DNA of 64,000 nucleotides from Candidatus Poribacteria bacterium (GTDB lineage Bacteria > Poribacteria > WGA-4E > WGA-3G), in the NCBI GenBank assembly GCA_963663765.2, contig CAXXUA010000005.1, positions 800,001-864,000 on the forward strand. Reading direction: 5' to 3'. The notes under the pieces are model-generated. The model was given only the letters and a program-made list of their open reading frames with translations. It did no database searches and was not told where the DNA came from. Made by a program: the position numbers and the translations under genes. Every line of letters begins with the position of its first letter. Within the stretch, counting starts at the first letter, position 1. Of this stretch, positions 1 through 9,821 are shown piece by piece.

Positions 1-841
1 GCGAATCCCATCAATTTTGCCAAAATTGTCTACAGAAGAATCCTTGGAAACAACGAAGATACAGAGTATCATCGGCATTTTACCCAGCGATACACCATTG
101 GTAACGAAACGTCCTTTCCGTTCTCCACATCACACTATTTCTGACGCAGGATTGATTGGCGGTGGCAATGTACCAAAACCCGGTGAGGTGAGTTTGTCAC
201 ATAACGGTGTACTTTTTCTTGATGAACTGCCAGAATTCCGTAGAAACGTGCTTGAAGTCATGCGGCAACCATTGGAAGATGGACATGTGACAATTTCGCG
301 GGCCGCTGCATCACTAACCTATCCTGCCAATTTCATGCTCGTAGCAGCCATGAACCCTTGTCCATGCGGCTTCTTCAGCGACCCAAACCGTGAGTGCAAA
401 TGTTCTTCTAAGCAAATTCAGACCTATGTTTCACGCATTTCTGGACCGCTGTTAGACAGAATTGATATCCAAGCTGAAGTGCCTGCGGTGAAGTATGCTG
501 AACTATCTGCAGACGTTACAGGTGAAACTTCAACGATCGTACGCAAACGGGTGGAGGCAGCCCGAAGAATACAACATCAACGCTTTTGCGATACAAATAT
601 ACATGCAAACGCGAGCATGGAATCCAAGCAGATACGAGAATACTGTAAGATCGAATCTTCCGCACAAGACCTACTTCGAGTTGCAATCAACCAATTAGGT
701 TTGAGTGCAAGAGCTTATGATCGGATCTTGAAGGTCTCTCGGACTATCGCAGATTTAGACATCAGTTCCAATATAGAAGCAGGACATGTCTCCGAGGCAA
801 TACAATATCGGAGTTTAGATCGAAGTTTCTGGAAAAAATAG
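1..841 (+). CDS. comM: YifB/ComM Mg-chelatase-like AAA+ ATPase, 5' end outside window
   Basis: Motifs [67 protein letters not shown]. Confidence 0.93.
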   Translation, partial: RIPSILPKLSTEESLETTKIQSIIGILPSDTPLVTKRPFRSPHHTISDAGLIGGGNVPKPGEVSLSHNGVLFLDELPEFRRNVLEVMRQPLEDGHVTISRAAASLTYPANFMLVAAMNPCPCGFFSDPNRECKCSSKQIQTYVSRISGPLLDRIDIQAEVPAVKYAELSADVTGETSTIVRKRVEAARRIQHQRFCDTNIHANASMESKQIREYCKIESSAQDLLRVAINQLGLSARAYDRILKVSRTIADLDISSNIEAGHVSEAIQYRSLDRSFWKK

Positions 842-935
842 CATCTAAAACTTTACAATCCACATAAATTGAAATGTCATTAACTCTGGTAATGCTGTTC
901 ACACAATAGATATGAGTCAGGAGGAAACTGAACAA

Positions 936-2564
936 ATGTCTCATCGTATCTTACACATTATAATCGTTGTATTCCTTTTCTGCTATTTGACATTTGCTGA
1001 AGCGGCATCTCTCATCAATGTCCCGCTCAACCCCAACATTTCCGATTTCAATACTGAAACCTACCGCTTTATTCATCGTTTACTTAATAAACGTGTAGTG
1101 TCGGGTGTTACGCGCGGTTCTCTACCTTTCACACGAAAACAGATTGTATCTATCCTATTAGATGTCTCTAAAAGACAGGAAAATGGTGATATCTCACTGA
1201 GTATCAACGACCAGAAGCGACTGAGAGAATTGTTAGCGTTTTATTCAGAGGCTGGCACCCAAACACCACCTGACCGTAGATTACACCTGATGACACTCAC
1301 CGATAATGCATCCTATCGGTTCTCCTTTGATTTACGAGCTGGACACCGAGAAATCACACGTCTGGTTGATAACATGTCAGAAATACCTGCGGAGGAAGGG
1401 AATATGCATACCACTGCACTGTTCCCGCATGTGTATGGACAGGTGGAGGAAGGTTTCGCTTTCTCAGCCGATATGGCATACAGATTCCTATATGGAGACA
1501 TCTTTGACGATGTCTATCAAGACGAGTCAAAATATAGACAATTGGAGGGACAACTAAAAAATAGAACTACCATCAATAGTTATCTCAAGTTTAATATGCC
1601 ATGGTTTGAATTGCAGTTTGGGCAAGACAATCTGCAATGGGGACCCGGTTATCACGGCAATCTACTGGTTTCCTCAAACCCCATTGCTATGGACATGGTG
1701 AAGTTTCAAGCCACATTCAAAACGATAACTTTTACCGGATTCACTGGTGTTTTAGAAGACATGTCCGAAGACATCAATGACAAGTATATTTCTGGGCATA
1801 GAATCGAAGGATATTTCTGGAACAGGTTCGGGTTAGGGATATCTGAAGTCGTTGTTTATGGAAACCGTTTTGAACCCGGTTATCTAAACCCAGTCAATAT
1901 TTACCTTATTAATGAGCAAACTATATCCCGTGCTGACAGTCGCGCACCTGGGAGTGGAGATAATGTGTTTGCAAGTGTTGATATGCGACTCCGTCTTATG
2001 GATAATTTTGAAATATACAGTGAGTTAATAATGGACGATGGGAATCCTGCTGCCAGTTTTAAACATTGGGATACAAAATTCGGCATACTTGGCGGTATCT
2101 ATATTACTGACCCATTCGGACTTACAGATACCGACTTTCACGCAGAATATGCATTTGTTAACCAATACACATATACACATGTCAATCCAGTAAACGTCTA
2201 CAAACATTTTACGTCTGTTATAGGGCATCACATTGGAACTGACGCTGATAATTTATGGATTGAACTCAGAAGACGTTTTACGGATAAACTTGAAACCGTT
2301 TTTGGTTATGAACTTGAACGGCACGGTGAAGGTGACATAGAGAAAAATCATCCTGTTGATGCCCCAAAAGATGACGTATGGACACCGCTTTCCGGAATAA
2401 CTGAAAGTGAACACCGATTACGAATCGGATTTAACTGGGTTAATATCGGAGATTATTCAGTATATGGTGAATGGAATCGGATTTGGCGGCGAAACTATGG
2501 AAATCAATACGGGGTCCACGAAACAGGAAATGAAATTCAAGCAAAGGCACTTTATAGATTTTAA
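936..2564 (+). CDS. Capsule assembly Wzi-like outer-membrane beta-barrel protein
   Basis: N-terminal signal peptide, GQDNLQWGPGYHGNLLVS motif, C-terminal YRF. ATG 936 follows GAGGA; the ORF track starts at 912. Confidence 0.75.
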   Translation: MSHRILHIIIVVFLFCYLTFAEAASLINVPLNPNISDFNTETYRFIHRLLNKRVVSGVTRGSLPFTRKQIVSILLDVSKRQENGDISLSINDQKRLRELLAFYSEAGTQTPPDRRLHLMTLTDNASYRFSFDLRAGHREITRLVDNMSEIPAEEGNMHTTALFPHVYGQVEEGFAFSADMAYRFLYGDIFDDVYQDESKYRQLEGQLKNRTTINSYLKFNMPWFELQFGQDNLQWGPGYHGNLLVSSNPIAMDMVKFQATFKTITFTGFTGVLEDMSEDINDKYISGHRIEGYFWNRFGLGISEVVVYGNRFEPGYLNPVNIYLINEQTISRADSRAPGSGDNVFASVDMRLRLMDNFEIYSELIMDDGNPAASFKHWDTKFGILGGIYITDPFGLTDTDFHAEYAFVNQYTYTHVNPVNVYKHFTSVIGHHIGTDADNLWIELRRRFTDKLETVFGYELERHGEGDIEKNHPVDAPKDDVWTPLSGITESEHRLRIGFNWVNIGDYSVYGEWNRIWRRNYGNQYGVHETGNEIQAKALYRF

Positions 2565-2715
2565 TAAAACCTTAACTTTTCGCTGTTTTTTCTTGATTTT
2601 TAAGGGGCATTGCGAATTTCAATCGTAACAATATTTTAAATGAAGATTCATTTCGGTCTACGCAACAAAAAAATTGATTTTTAGGTAATCTTGGTATCAT
2701 TCAGAAGGACAAAAA

Positions 2716-3846
2716 ATGAAAATTCGCGTATTAGGTATTCGCGGACTACCGGGAACCTATAGTGGCTTGGAAACCATTATGGGTGAACTTGCACCACGTT
2801 GGGTAGAAGCAGGACATGAGGTTACTGTATATTGCAGAAAAGCAGCATACAAAGAAAGACCCCCCGAATGGAAAGGAATCAAATTAATCTATTTACCCAG
2901 TATTGAACACAAAGTCTTTAGTACCCTTAGTCATAGTTTTTTGGCAACTGTACATGCATCATTTTCACCCTCTGATGCCATACTTGTTTGGAATGCGGGT
3001 AACGGTCCATTTGGTTGGTTTTTCCGCTTCGCTGGAAAAAACGCTGTTATCAACGTTGATGGCATGGAGTGGCTGCGTCCAAAGTGGAAAGGTATCGGAG
3101 CAGTCTATTTCAAATGGGCAGCAAAGATGGCAACATCAGCATTTCCCCTTGTGATTACCGATGCCGAAGAAATGAAAAGACTCTATCTTCAAGAATTAGG
3201 AGCTGAAACTACATATATCGCTTACGGTGCAAACATTGAACCTTCTGAACATCCTGAAATACTCAAGGACTATGGACTTGAATCAAGAGAATACTATCTG
3301 ATCGCAAGTCGTCTTGTTCCCGATAACAATGCTGACCTGATTTTAGAAGCGTTCGTTAATTCAAATAGCACGAAAAAACTCGCAATAGCCGGTGGTGCAG
3401 ACTACAAAGGCAACAAACTTGAAAACCAATTTTTGGATAAATTAAAAAGTATCGCAAATGAGAATGTCATGTTCCTCGGACACATTGACAATTCTGAGCA
3501 TATAAAAGAACTACATCACCATTGTTTCGCGTACATACACGGACATCAGTTCGGTGGCATTAATCCTTCAATATTGAAAGCGTTGGGTTTTTCTAACTGC
3601 ATTCTGGCTCTGAATACCCCTTTCAACCATGAAGTGTTAGAAGGAGGAACCTACGGTGTGCTCTTTGAGAAAAATTCTGAATCTCTCAAAACCAAAATTG
3701 ATGAATTAGAACAAAATCCCGATACAGTAGAGAACTTTCGCGAACGAGCACCAGAACAGATACGTAAACGATTCAATTGGGATCATATCGCGGCACAATA
3801 CATTGACGCATTCCAAAAACTGCAAAAAAAAAAAAGTAAACATTAA
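2716..3846 (+). CDS. GT4-family glycosyltransferase with DUF1972-type N-terminus
   Basis: LGIRGLPGTYSGLET, INVDGMEW, SRLVPDNN, HGHQFGGINPSILKAL. Confidence 0.88.
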   Translation: MKIRVLGIRGLPGTYSGLETIMGELAPRWVEAGHEVTVYCRKAAYKERPPEWKGIKLIYLPSIEHKVFSTLSHSFLATVHASFSPSDAILVWNAGNGPFGWFFRFAGKNAVINVDGMEWLRPKWKGIGAVYFKWAAKMATSAFPLVITDAEEMKRLYLQELGAETTYIAYGANIEPSEHPEILKDYGLESREYYLIASRLVPDNNADLILEAFVNSNSTKKLAIAGGADYKGNKLENQFLDKLKSIANENVMFLGHIDNSEHIKELHHHCFAYIHGHQFGGINPSILKALGFSNCILALNTPFNHEVLEGGTYGVLFEKNSESLKTKIDELEQNPDTVENFRERAPEQIRKRFNWDHIAAQYIDAFQKLQKKKSKH

Positions 3847-3881
3847 CCCTAACTTATTAATTTAGCACAAGGTAAAGCACA

Positions 3882-4544
3882 ATGGCACATTTGCCAATAA
3901 ATTACGGGGTAACCAAAACTGATTTTTCATATATGAACGATCCAGCAGCACCTACTTCAGTTGAAAAACTTACCTCATTCTATGCAAGACGGGGAAAATA
4001 TCTACTTGACTTTGTCGCATCATTTTTCTTGATTCTGATATTTGCTCCTTTGATGATACTGTTAGCGATAGTAATAAAACTCACTTCGCGCGGTCCAATC
4101 TTTTTCTCTCACAAGAGGGTAGGTTTAAACAACAAACTCTTTGTCATACATAAGTTTAGAAGCCTTCATATTGATACGCCTTCCTATTCTGAAAAGCCTG
4201 ATTCAACGCAAGATGTTCGCATCACGCCGATTGGGAAATGGATTCGAAAAACAAGCTTAGACGAATTACCGCAACTGTTTAACGTTATAAAAGGGGAGAT
4301 GAGTCTGGTCGGACCGCGTCCTGAAATGCCCTTCCTTGCAGATGATTATGAACCTTGGGAAAATCAACGGCATCTGGTACGTCCCGGTATGACTGGTTTG
4401 TGGCAGCTAAGTTTCCGCAGAAAAGGCTCCATACGTGAAGGTATTCCTGTGGATTTGGAATACATTGAAAATCTATCATTGTGGAATGATTTCAAAATAC
4501 TACTCCGCACCTTCAAAGTATTTTGGGATGACAACACATACTAA
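3882..4544 (+). CDS. Bacterial sugar transferase (polyprenyl-phosphate phosphoglycosyl transferase)
   Basis: KFRS, RITPIGKWIRKTSLDELPQLFNVIKGEMSLVGPRP, PGMTGLWQ. Confidence 0.93.
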   Translation: MAHLPINYGVTKTDFSYMNDPAAPTSVEKLTSFYARRGKYLLDFVASFFLILIFAPLMILLAIVIKLTSRGPIFFSHKRVGLNNKLFVIHKFRSLHIDTPSYSEKPDSTQDVRITPIGKWIRKTSLDELPQLFNVIKGEMSLVGPRPEMPFLADDYEPWENQRHLVRPGMTGLWQLSFRRKGSIREGIPVDLEYIENLSLWNDFKILLRTFKVFWDDNTY

Positions 4545-4784
4545 AACCATTCCGTAATCCTACACGCTATATTCAATAGCAATCAATTATGGTGAAATTT
4601 AAAAATAAGTTTACATTTCTACAATTTACCATATTGGCTGTCATCTAATACCATTTCTATTAATTATTATCGCATTATCGATTGTTAGAAATGAAACGGA
4701 ATATGGCACAAACTAACAGTTTATGCTACAAAAAAGAGACATTATTTATTAGAAATGGTATAACAATACCTTCGCCAATAATAG

Positions 4785-4960
4785 ACATTCTGCCAGATTG
4801 TGCGAGCAGTTGTAGCACATTCTGCCAGATTGTGCGGACAGTTGTAGCACATTCTGCCAGATTGTGCGGACAGTTGTAGCACATTCTGCCAGATTGTGCG
4901 GGCAGTTGTAGCACATTCTGCCAGATTGTGCGAGCAGTTGTAGCACATTCTGCCAGATTG
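4785..4960. repeat. 32-bp tandem repeat, about 5.5 units
   Basis: ACATTCTGCCAGATTGTGCGNNCAGTTGTAGC units start at 4785, 4817, 4849, 4881, 4913, 4945. Confidence 0.97.
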
Positions 4961-5002
4961 CTGATATAGTCATTTCTATTGTCAAATTAGAGGCTATGAT
5001 AA

Positions 5003-5379
5003 CAAGGTTATTCAGTTTTCAATACTTTTGATAATATTTTGCTATGTCGTTAATTTTATGTGTTGCCATCTTGTCCATGTCTTTAGTCCCGTAGGGACGA
5101 TATGTTTATAGAAAAATGTTATCTATCCCTCTTGAGTTCCGTAGGAACGACATAGAAAAATAAACATATCGTCCCTACCAAATCAACGCCAAATGCGCCA
5201 AATCAACGTTATGAATGCCATTAAGGCATTCCCCGTATGGCATTTGTCGGGACTAAAGAGCGATGTTCATTTTTCAATAATCTAAAACTGATGCAGAAAG
5301 TTCGGTTAGGAAACCAAACCTGGGTATTAACTTTCAGTAAATCTCAATAACAGAAAACTCTTAAAACTAAATAACCCTG
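5003..5379. mobile_element. MITE family B with internal REP hairpins
   Basis: TIR CAAGGTTATTCAGTTTT / AAAACTAAATAACCCTG; 9-bp TSD CTATGATAA at 4994-5002 and 5380-5388. Confidence 0.92.
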
Positions 5380-5538
5380 CTATGATAAAAAAATACTTCA
5401 ACGAAAACCTGAAGTTATTTTTATTTATATAATCCTAACAATATCACAGAGCAATAGTAGATCAACACTATATACTCATTCAACTGAAGTACTCAAAAAT
5501 GGCGAAGGTATTCGTATAAGTATCCTATTCTTTTCTTT

Positions 5539-5676
5539 GGTAGGAGCGACCTCCTGGTCATGACTGTTTTGATACATGCTCTCCATACGGTCGCAACCAG
5601 TAAATCAACGGTATGAATGTCATTATGAAGATTATATTATTAATCTTCATAATGACATTCCCCGGGCCGCTCCTAT
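5539..5676. repeat. Inverted GTAG-type REP pair with an inserted 20-bp perfect hairpin
   Basis: GTAGGAGCGACCTCCTGGTC and its inverted partner ending CCGCTCCTAT; stem 5615-5634 / 5641-5660. Confidence 0.8.
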
Positions 5677-5715
5677 CTGTGTGAGTGTGTAATTAATTCC
5701 ATAATTTACCATAGT

Positions 5716-6468
5716 TTATCTTGTAGAAATCGTTCCGCGCACATAAGAACCCTCATCTGATGCAAGAAAGGTCAGTACTCTTGCGACACCAGCCGGATCA
5801 CCAAGGGATTTCGCAGCGTTTGCAACCGCTGCATCAGGGTCCTTTCCTTCACGTTTAGCAGACTGTGCAATTTGTCCGAGCTTAAGCGGCGTTGCTAAAC
5901 CACCGGGACAGATCGTATGCATACGGATATTGAGTGATGCCACTTGGTTGACAACTGTCATTACCAAACCGTTCACACCCCCTTTGCTTGAAGCATAGGC
6001 GACTGAAGAACTACCACCCCGAACTCCAGCCCCAGATGCAATACAGAGGATAACACCTTCATCACTCTTACCCATAATTGGAACAGCATGTTTTACTGCA
6101 TAGAAAGTGCCTTTCAGATTAACATCAATGACTGTATCAAAGGTTGCAGCATCAAAATCTTCAATACGGACGTTTGCCCCCTGCAAGACACCAGCACAAG
6201 TCACTAATGTATCAATCCGACCATACACATCTGTTATAGTTTGCATCAAAGTAGCGACATCAGATTCGGAGGTAACATCGGTATGGTAGTATTTCGCTTC
6301 TCCACCGTTTTTCAGAATCAGTTTCAACGTTTCTTGCCCATCAAGATCATTGATATCTGCCATGACAACATTTGCGCCTGCATCTGCATAGGTAAGTGCC
6401 GTTGCTGCACCGATACCTGTTGAGGCACCCGTAATCACCGCAACCTTGTCTGTGAGTTGTATATTCAC
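5716..6468 (-). CDS. SDR-family NAD(P)-dependent oxidoreductase
   Basis: TGASTGIG Rossmann motif, YASSK catalytic motif. Confidence 0.95.
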   Translation of the reverse strand: MNIQLTDKVAVITGASTGIGAATALTYADAGANVVMADINDLDGQETLKLILKNGGEAKYYHTDVTSESDVATLMQTITDVYGRIDTLVTCAGVLQGANVRIEDFDAATFDTVIDVNLKGTFYAVKHAVPIMGKSDEGVILCIASGAGVRGGSSSVAYASSKGGVNGLVMTVVNQVASLNIRMHTICPGGLATPLKLGQIAQSAKREGKDPDAAVANAAKSLGDPAGVARVLTFLASDEGSYVRGTISTR

Positions 6469-6557
6469 GTGTTTTCTCCATCATCAAAAGGGAATTGTAA
6501 ACATAAAGAAAAACTCTTCGTATAAACATCCGTTTTATGCAGTCCTACTGGATGCTG

Positions 6558-7397
6558 CTATTTCTCGTTCCAACAACCCTCTGTATACCCATCCCGTGTA
6601 AATAGTTTCTTACGTTCTGGTGTGGTGCGTTCCATCCATTCAGTGGGAATCTCTTGTGTATAAAGATGTGGCGGACCTGCCTGCTTGAAAATGTCAATGC
6701 AGAAGATTCGGTAAGGTTGTGGTGAATCCAAAGGTTTTGCTTCTACGCCGTGAAAGATGCGTGCGTCAATATAAACCATGCTTCCCGGTGGGAGTTCAAG
6801 CCTTTTTTCTTCCAGTTTGCGTCCAACCTTATCATCAAACTCACCTGCTAAAATTCTTTCAGGTGTTACACCTTCAATTGGTTCAACTTTGTGGCTTCCA
6901 GGGATGACCTTTAGATTTCGGTCTCCGCGTTTAAACCCATTAGGATAATAAAGTATCTGGATGTAGTATTTATCACGTTCAGCGAGATTGATTGGGTTTT
7001 CATAACGCCAATGGTGATGGTCAAAATGATATTGTATTGGACCTATACCTCTTGGTGCAAGGTTTAGCGCGGAATGACAGAAATGATACGCATCACGAAT
7101 AGTTGCACTTAGTAGGTTCGTGATGAAAGGATCGTCAATAAGTCGGTCACTATACTCCTTACGTTCGTTCCAAGGACGTATGAAAAAAGCTCGTGTGTTG
7201 TCTGGATTGCGTTCCAATTCTGCAATGTAGTTTCGTGTAGGTTCAAAATGTTGCGTAATCTCTTGAATCAAACCTTCTCGTCCATCGTCCGTGAATACAT
7301 CAGGATAAGCGATATACCCATCGTTATGAAACGAATCAATATCTTCCTGTGAGGGACCTGATAAACGGAAGAGTGAATCAAGATTAGTTTTTTCCAT
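6558..7397 (-). CDS. Phytanoyl-CoA dioxygenase (PhyH)-like 2OG-Fe(II) oxygenase
   Basis: HxD (HFD), LKVIPGSHK, distal His in IFHG. Confidence 0.82.
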   Translation of the reverse strand: MEKTNLDSLFRLSGPSQEDIDSFHNDGYIAYPDVFTDDGREGLIQEITQHFEPTRNYIAELERNPDNTRAFFIRPWNERKEYSDRLIDDPFITNLLSATIRDAYHFCHSALNLAPRGIGPIQYHFDHHHWRYENPINLAERDKYYIQILYYPNGFKRGDRNLKVIPGSHKVEPIEGVTPERILAGEFDDKVGRKLEEKRLELPPGSMVYIDARIFHGVEAKPLDSPQPYRIFCIDIFKQAGPPHLYTQEIPTEWMERTTPERKKLFTRDGYTEGCWNEK

Positions 7398-7522
7398 AGT
7401 GTTATCCTACCATGAGTATTGAATGTGATAGTTTCTGCTAATTTGTTTGACTTTTATTTTTTTTAAGAGTACAATTTAATTATCCATTGATAATGTGCGT
7501 TATGTTAGACTTTTGTACACAC

Positions 7523-7680
7523 TAGGACTTACGCAAAAACGGTAGGCGGTGAATGCCTAAATGGCATTCATACCGTTGATTTGGTGCTTTGTAAGCGCGC
7601 TGGAAACCCATAGAAACGCTGATAATTACATCATTTTCATCATAATATTTGATTAAAACAAGAAAACTGCGTAAGTCCTG
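7523..7680. mobile_element. MITE family D carrying a REP and a micro-insert
   Basis: TIR TAGGACTTACGCA / TGCGTAAGTCCTG; 5-bp TSD CACAC. Confidence 0.92.
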
Positions 7681-7708
7681 CACACAATCTGATAGTAGGA
7701 GAAGTCCA

Positions 7709-7951
7709 TTGAAAAAAATAGATCGCATTACGTTTAATCCAAATGTAATGGGTGGTAAAGCGTGTATACGTGGCATGAGAGTTACCGTTGGAACAGTTGT
7801 TGGTTTGGTTACTTCTGGTTATTCTAATGCTGACATTCTTAAAGCCTACCCTTATTTGGAAGAAGAAGATATTCATCAATCTCTATCTTATGCCGCATGG
7901 CGTGTTGAAGAAATAGAGGTACCACTGAACAACTATGAAGTTGCTGATTGA
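7709..7951 (+). CDS. DUF433 antitoxin-like protein
   Basis: RITFNPNVMGGKACIRGMRVTV...ILKAYPYLEEEDI; TTG start after AGGAG. The longer ORF call runs into the MITE. Confidence 0.9.
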   Translation: MKKIDRITFNPNVMGGKACIRGMRVTVGTVVGLVTSGYSNADILKAYPYLEEEDIHQSLSYAAWRVEEIEVPLNNYEVAD

Positions 7952-8297
7952 TATGAATCTCCCACCCGATTGGGTAAATATATTTCAACAGCACGGATGG
8001 TATGCTATTCATTGGCGAGAAATTGGTGATCCACGTGCATCAGATAGTACTATCATGGCATGCGCGCGTGACAACGGTTATGTTGTCTTCAAAAGGGATC
8101 TTGACTTTGGAACGTTGCTTGCAACTACTAATGCGAAAGGTCCAAGCGTGATTCAGATTCGTGCAAAAGACGTTATTCCTCAGACTATGGGAAATTTGCT
8201 TGTTGAAGTTATTCATCAACACCATTCAACTTTAGATCAGGGTGTTTTGATTACCGTGACCGAAGATCGAGTTCGTTTACGGACTTTGCCTTTATAG
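7935..8297 (+). CDS. DUF5615 PIN-like toxin
   Basis: MKLLIDMNL, ASDSTIM, DLDFGTLL; overlaps the DUF433 gene. Confidence 0.88.
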   Translation: MKLLIDMNLPPDWVNIFQQHGWYAIHWREIGDPRASDSTIMACARDNGYVVFKRDLDFGTLLATTNAKGPSVIQIRAKDVIPQTMGNLLVEVIHQHHSTLDQGVLITVTEDRVRLRTLPL

Positions 8298-8314
8298 ACG
8301 AGGATACATAAGTC

Positions 8315-9787
8315 TTACATTCTGCTATGTCCTTCCGCTTCAAACTTCTCTAACAGTGTTGTCAACCGTTCCACAATTTCTGGACAACTGTCCCAGTGAT
8401 TGTCTGTTTCATAAGGATCGTCGTAAATATGATATAGTTGCCCAGGAGAGTCCGGTTTGGGACCGCCGTCACTGGGTGGAGGCCATCCACCTGATCCTTG
8501 AGTGCCTATAATCAGTTTCCACTCTTCGTGCCGTATAGAAAAGACACCGTTGCTGGAATGGTGTACGATCGCTTCACGTAAAGGATGTTCTGTTTCTTCA
8601 CCTAACAAAGCAGGTAAGATGTTGCAACTATCTTCTCCTGCGTTGTCTGGTACTTGCTTTCCAACAATCGCAGCAGATGTTTCCATCAAATCGGTTAAGC
8701 ACACCAACTCATCCGATGTTGTATTCGGTTGAATTACACCGTTCCATCTTGCAATGAAAGGTTCACGATGTCCACCTTCCCAGATATGTGCCTTATATCC
8801 ACGCCAGTCGCCACAAGATTTGTGATCGTATAGGTTATATGGCATTGGACCTTTTCCACCGCGAACTCGGTCACCAGGTAGGGCTCCGTTATCACTGGTA
8901 ACAAAGATCAATGTATCATCCGTTTTCCCCGTGCGGTCTAAAGCATCCATCACCTCACCGACCATCCAATCAACTAACCAGACGAGATCACCTCTGGGAC
9001 CCGCATCGCTTTTTCCACGTGCAAATTCTGGTACGACCTCTTCCACACACGGTTCATGCGGAGCTGAAGGTGTCATATACAGAAAGAACGGATCATCCGA
9101 ATCTGCTTGTGTTTCAATGTATTCAACAGCCTTCTGTGCGATCATTGGGTCTGCATCCTTATGTTGCCAACTTGGTGCGGTCATTCCACGTCGTCCGGTA
9201 AAGTCTGGCACCCCACGGTATTCACTTGGAATTTCAACAAAAGCGTCATTTTCAATAAAGCCATACGGGGGTTGGCATGTCGGGCAGCCTGCTGTTCCGT
9301 AGAAATAGTCAAACCCAATATCGTTTGGTCCGCCTGTTATTGGTGCGTGAAAATCAATATGTTCTTCTAACTCGCGTTTCGCATTGCCCCATGGCAGCGG
9401 TGCATCAAAATCGTAATCGTAGTCCGGCACCGTCGAAAACCCCATCCCTAAGTGCCATTTACCGACACAGGCAGTATTGTATCCCGCATCTTTCAACATA
9501 CTGGCAACTGTCAAACGTTCAGGCTCAATCAAAGCGGGTTCATACCCATATAGCACACCTCGCTTAAGACGACTCCGCCAGCAATATCTGCCTGTTAGGA
9601 CACCGTATCGGGTGGGTGTGCAAACAGCAGATGGAGAATGCGCATCAGTAAAGCGAATTCCTTCCTGTGCAAGTTGATCCATATTTGGGGTAGGAATTTT
9701 TGAATCTGGGTTATAACAACCGACATCCCCGTACCCCATGTCATCAGCCATAATGAAAATAATATTTGGTTGTTTTTGAAAATCCAT
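8315..9787 (-). CDS. Arylsulfatase (formylglycine-dependent)
   Basis: PNIIFIMADDMGYGD, CTPTR sulfatase motif, GKWHLG. Confidence 0.95.
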   Translation of the reverse strand: MDFQKQPNIIFIMADDMGYGDVGCYNPDSKIPTPNMDQLAQEGIRFTDAHSPSAVCTPTRYGVLTGRYCWRSRLKRGVLYGYEPALIEPERLTVASMLKDAGYNTACVGKWHLGMGFSTVPDYDYDFDAPLPWGNAKRELEEHIDFHAPITGGPNDIGFDYFYGTAGCPTCQPPYGFIENDAFVEIPSEYRGVPDFTGRRGMTAPSWQHKDADPMIAQKAVEYIETQADSDDPFFLYMTPSAPHEPCVEEVVPEFARGKSDAGPRGDLVWLVDWMVGEVMDALDRTGKTDDTLIFVTSDNGALPGDRVRGGKGPMPYNLYDHKSCGDWRGYKAHIWEGGHREPFIARWNGVIQPNTTSDELVCLTDLMETSAAIVGKQVPDNAGEDSCNILPALLGEETEHPLREAIVHHSSNGVFSIRHEEWKLIIGTQGSGGWPPPSDGGPKPDSPGQLYHIYDDPYETDNHWDSCPEIVERLTTLLEKFEAEGHSRM

Positions 9788-9821
9788 ATTACTCCAATAG
9801 AGAACAGTAGGTATAACGCAT

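Larger units (their letters stand above)
4764..5513. mobile_element. MITE family A, copy 1, containing a nested family B element
   Basis: Terminal inverted repeats CAATACCTTCGCCA / TGGCGAAGGTATTC, flanked by GTATAA on both sides; colinear with 22262-22637 once 5003-5388 is removed. Confidence 0.85.

Noticed and set aside
4785-4960. CRISPR or guide-RNA array (also 22283-22461)
   Set aside because: Units are contiguous with only a few variable bases and no unique spacers.
4682-4985. Cys-rich short ORFs (also 22190-22493)
   Set aside because: They are translations of the 32-bp repeat in several frames.
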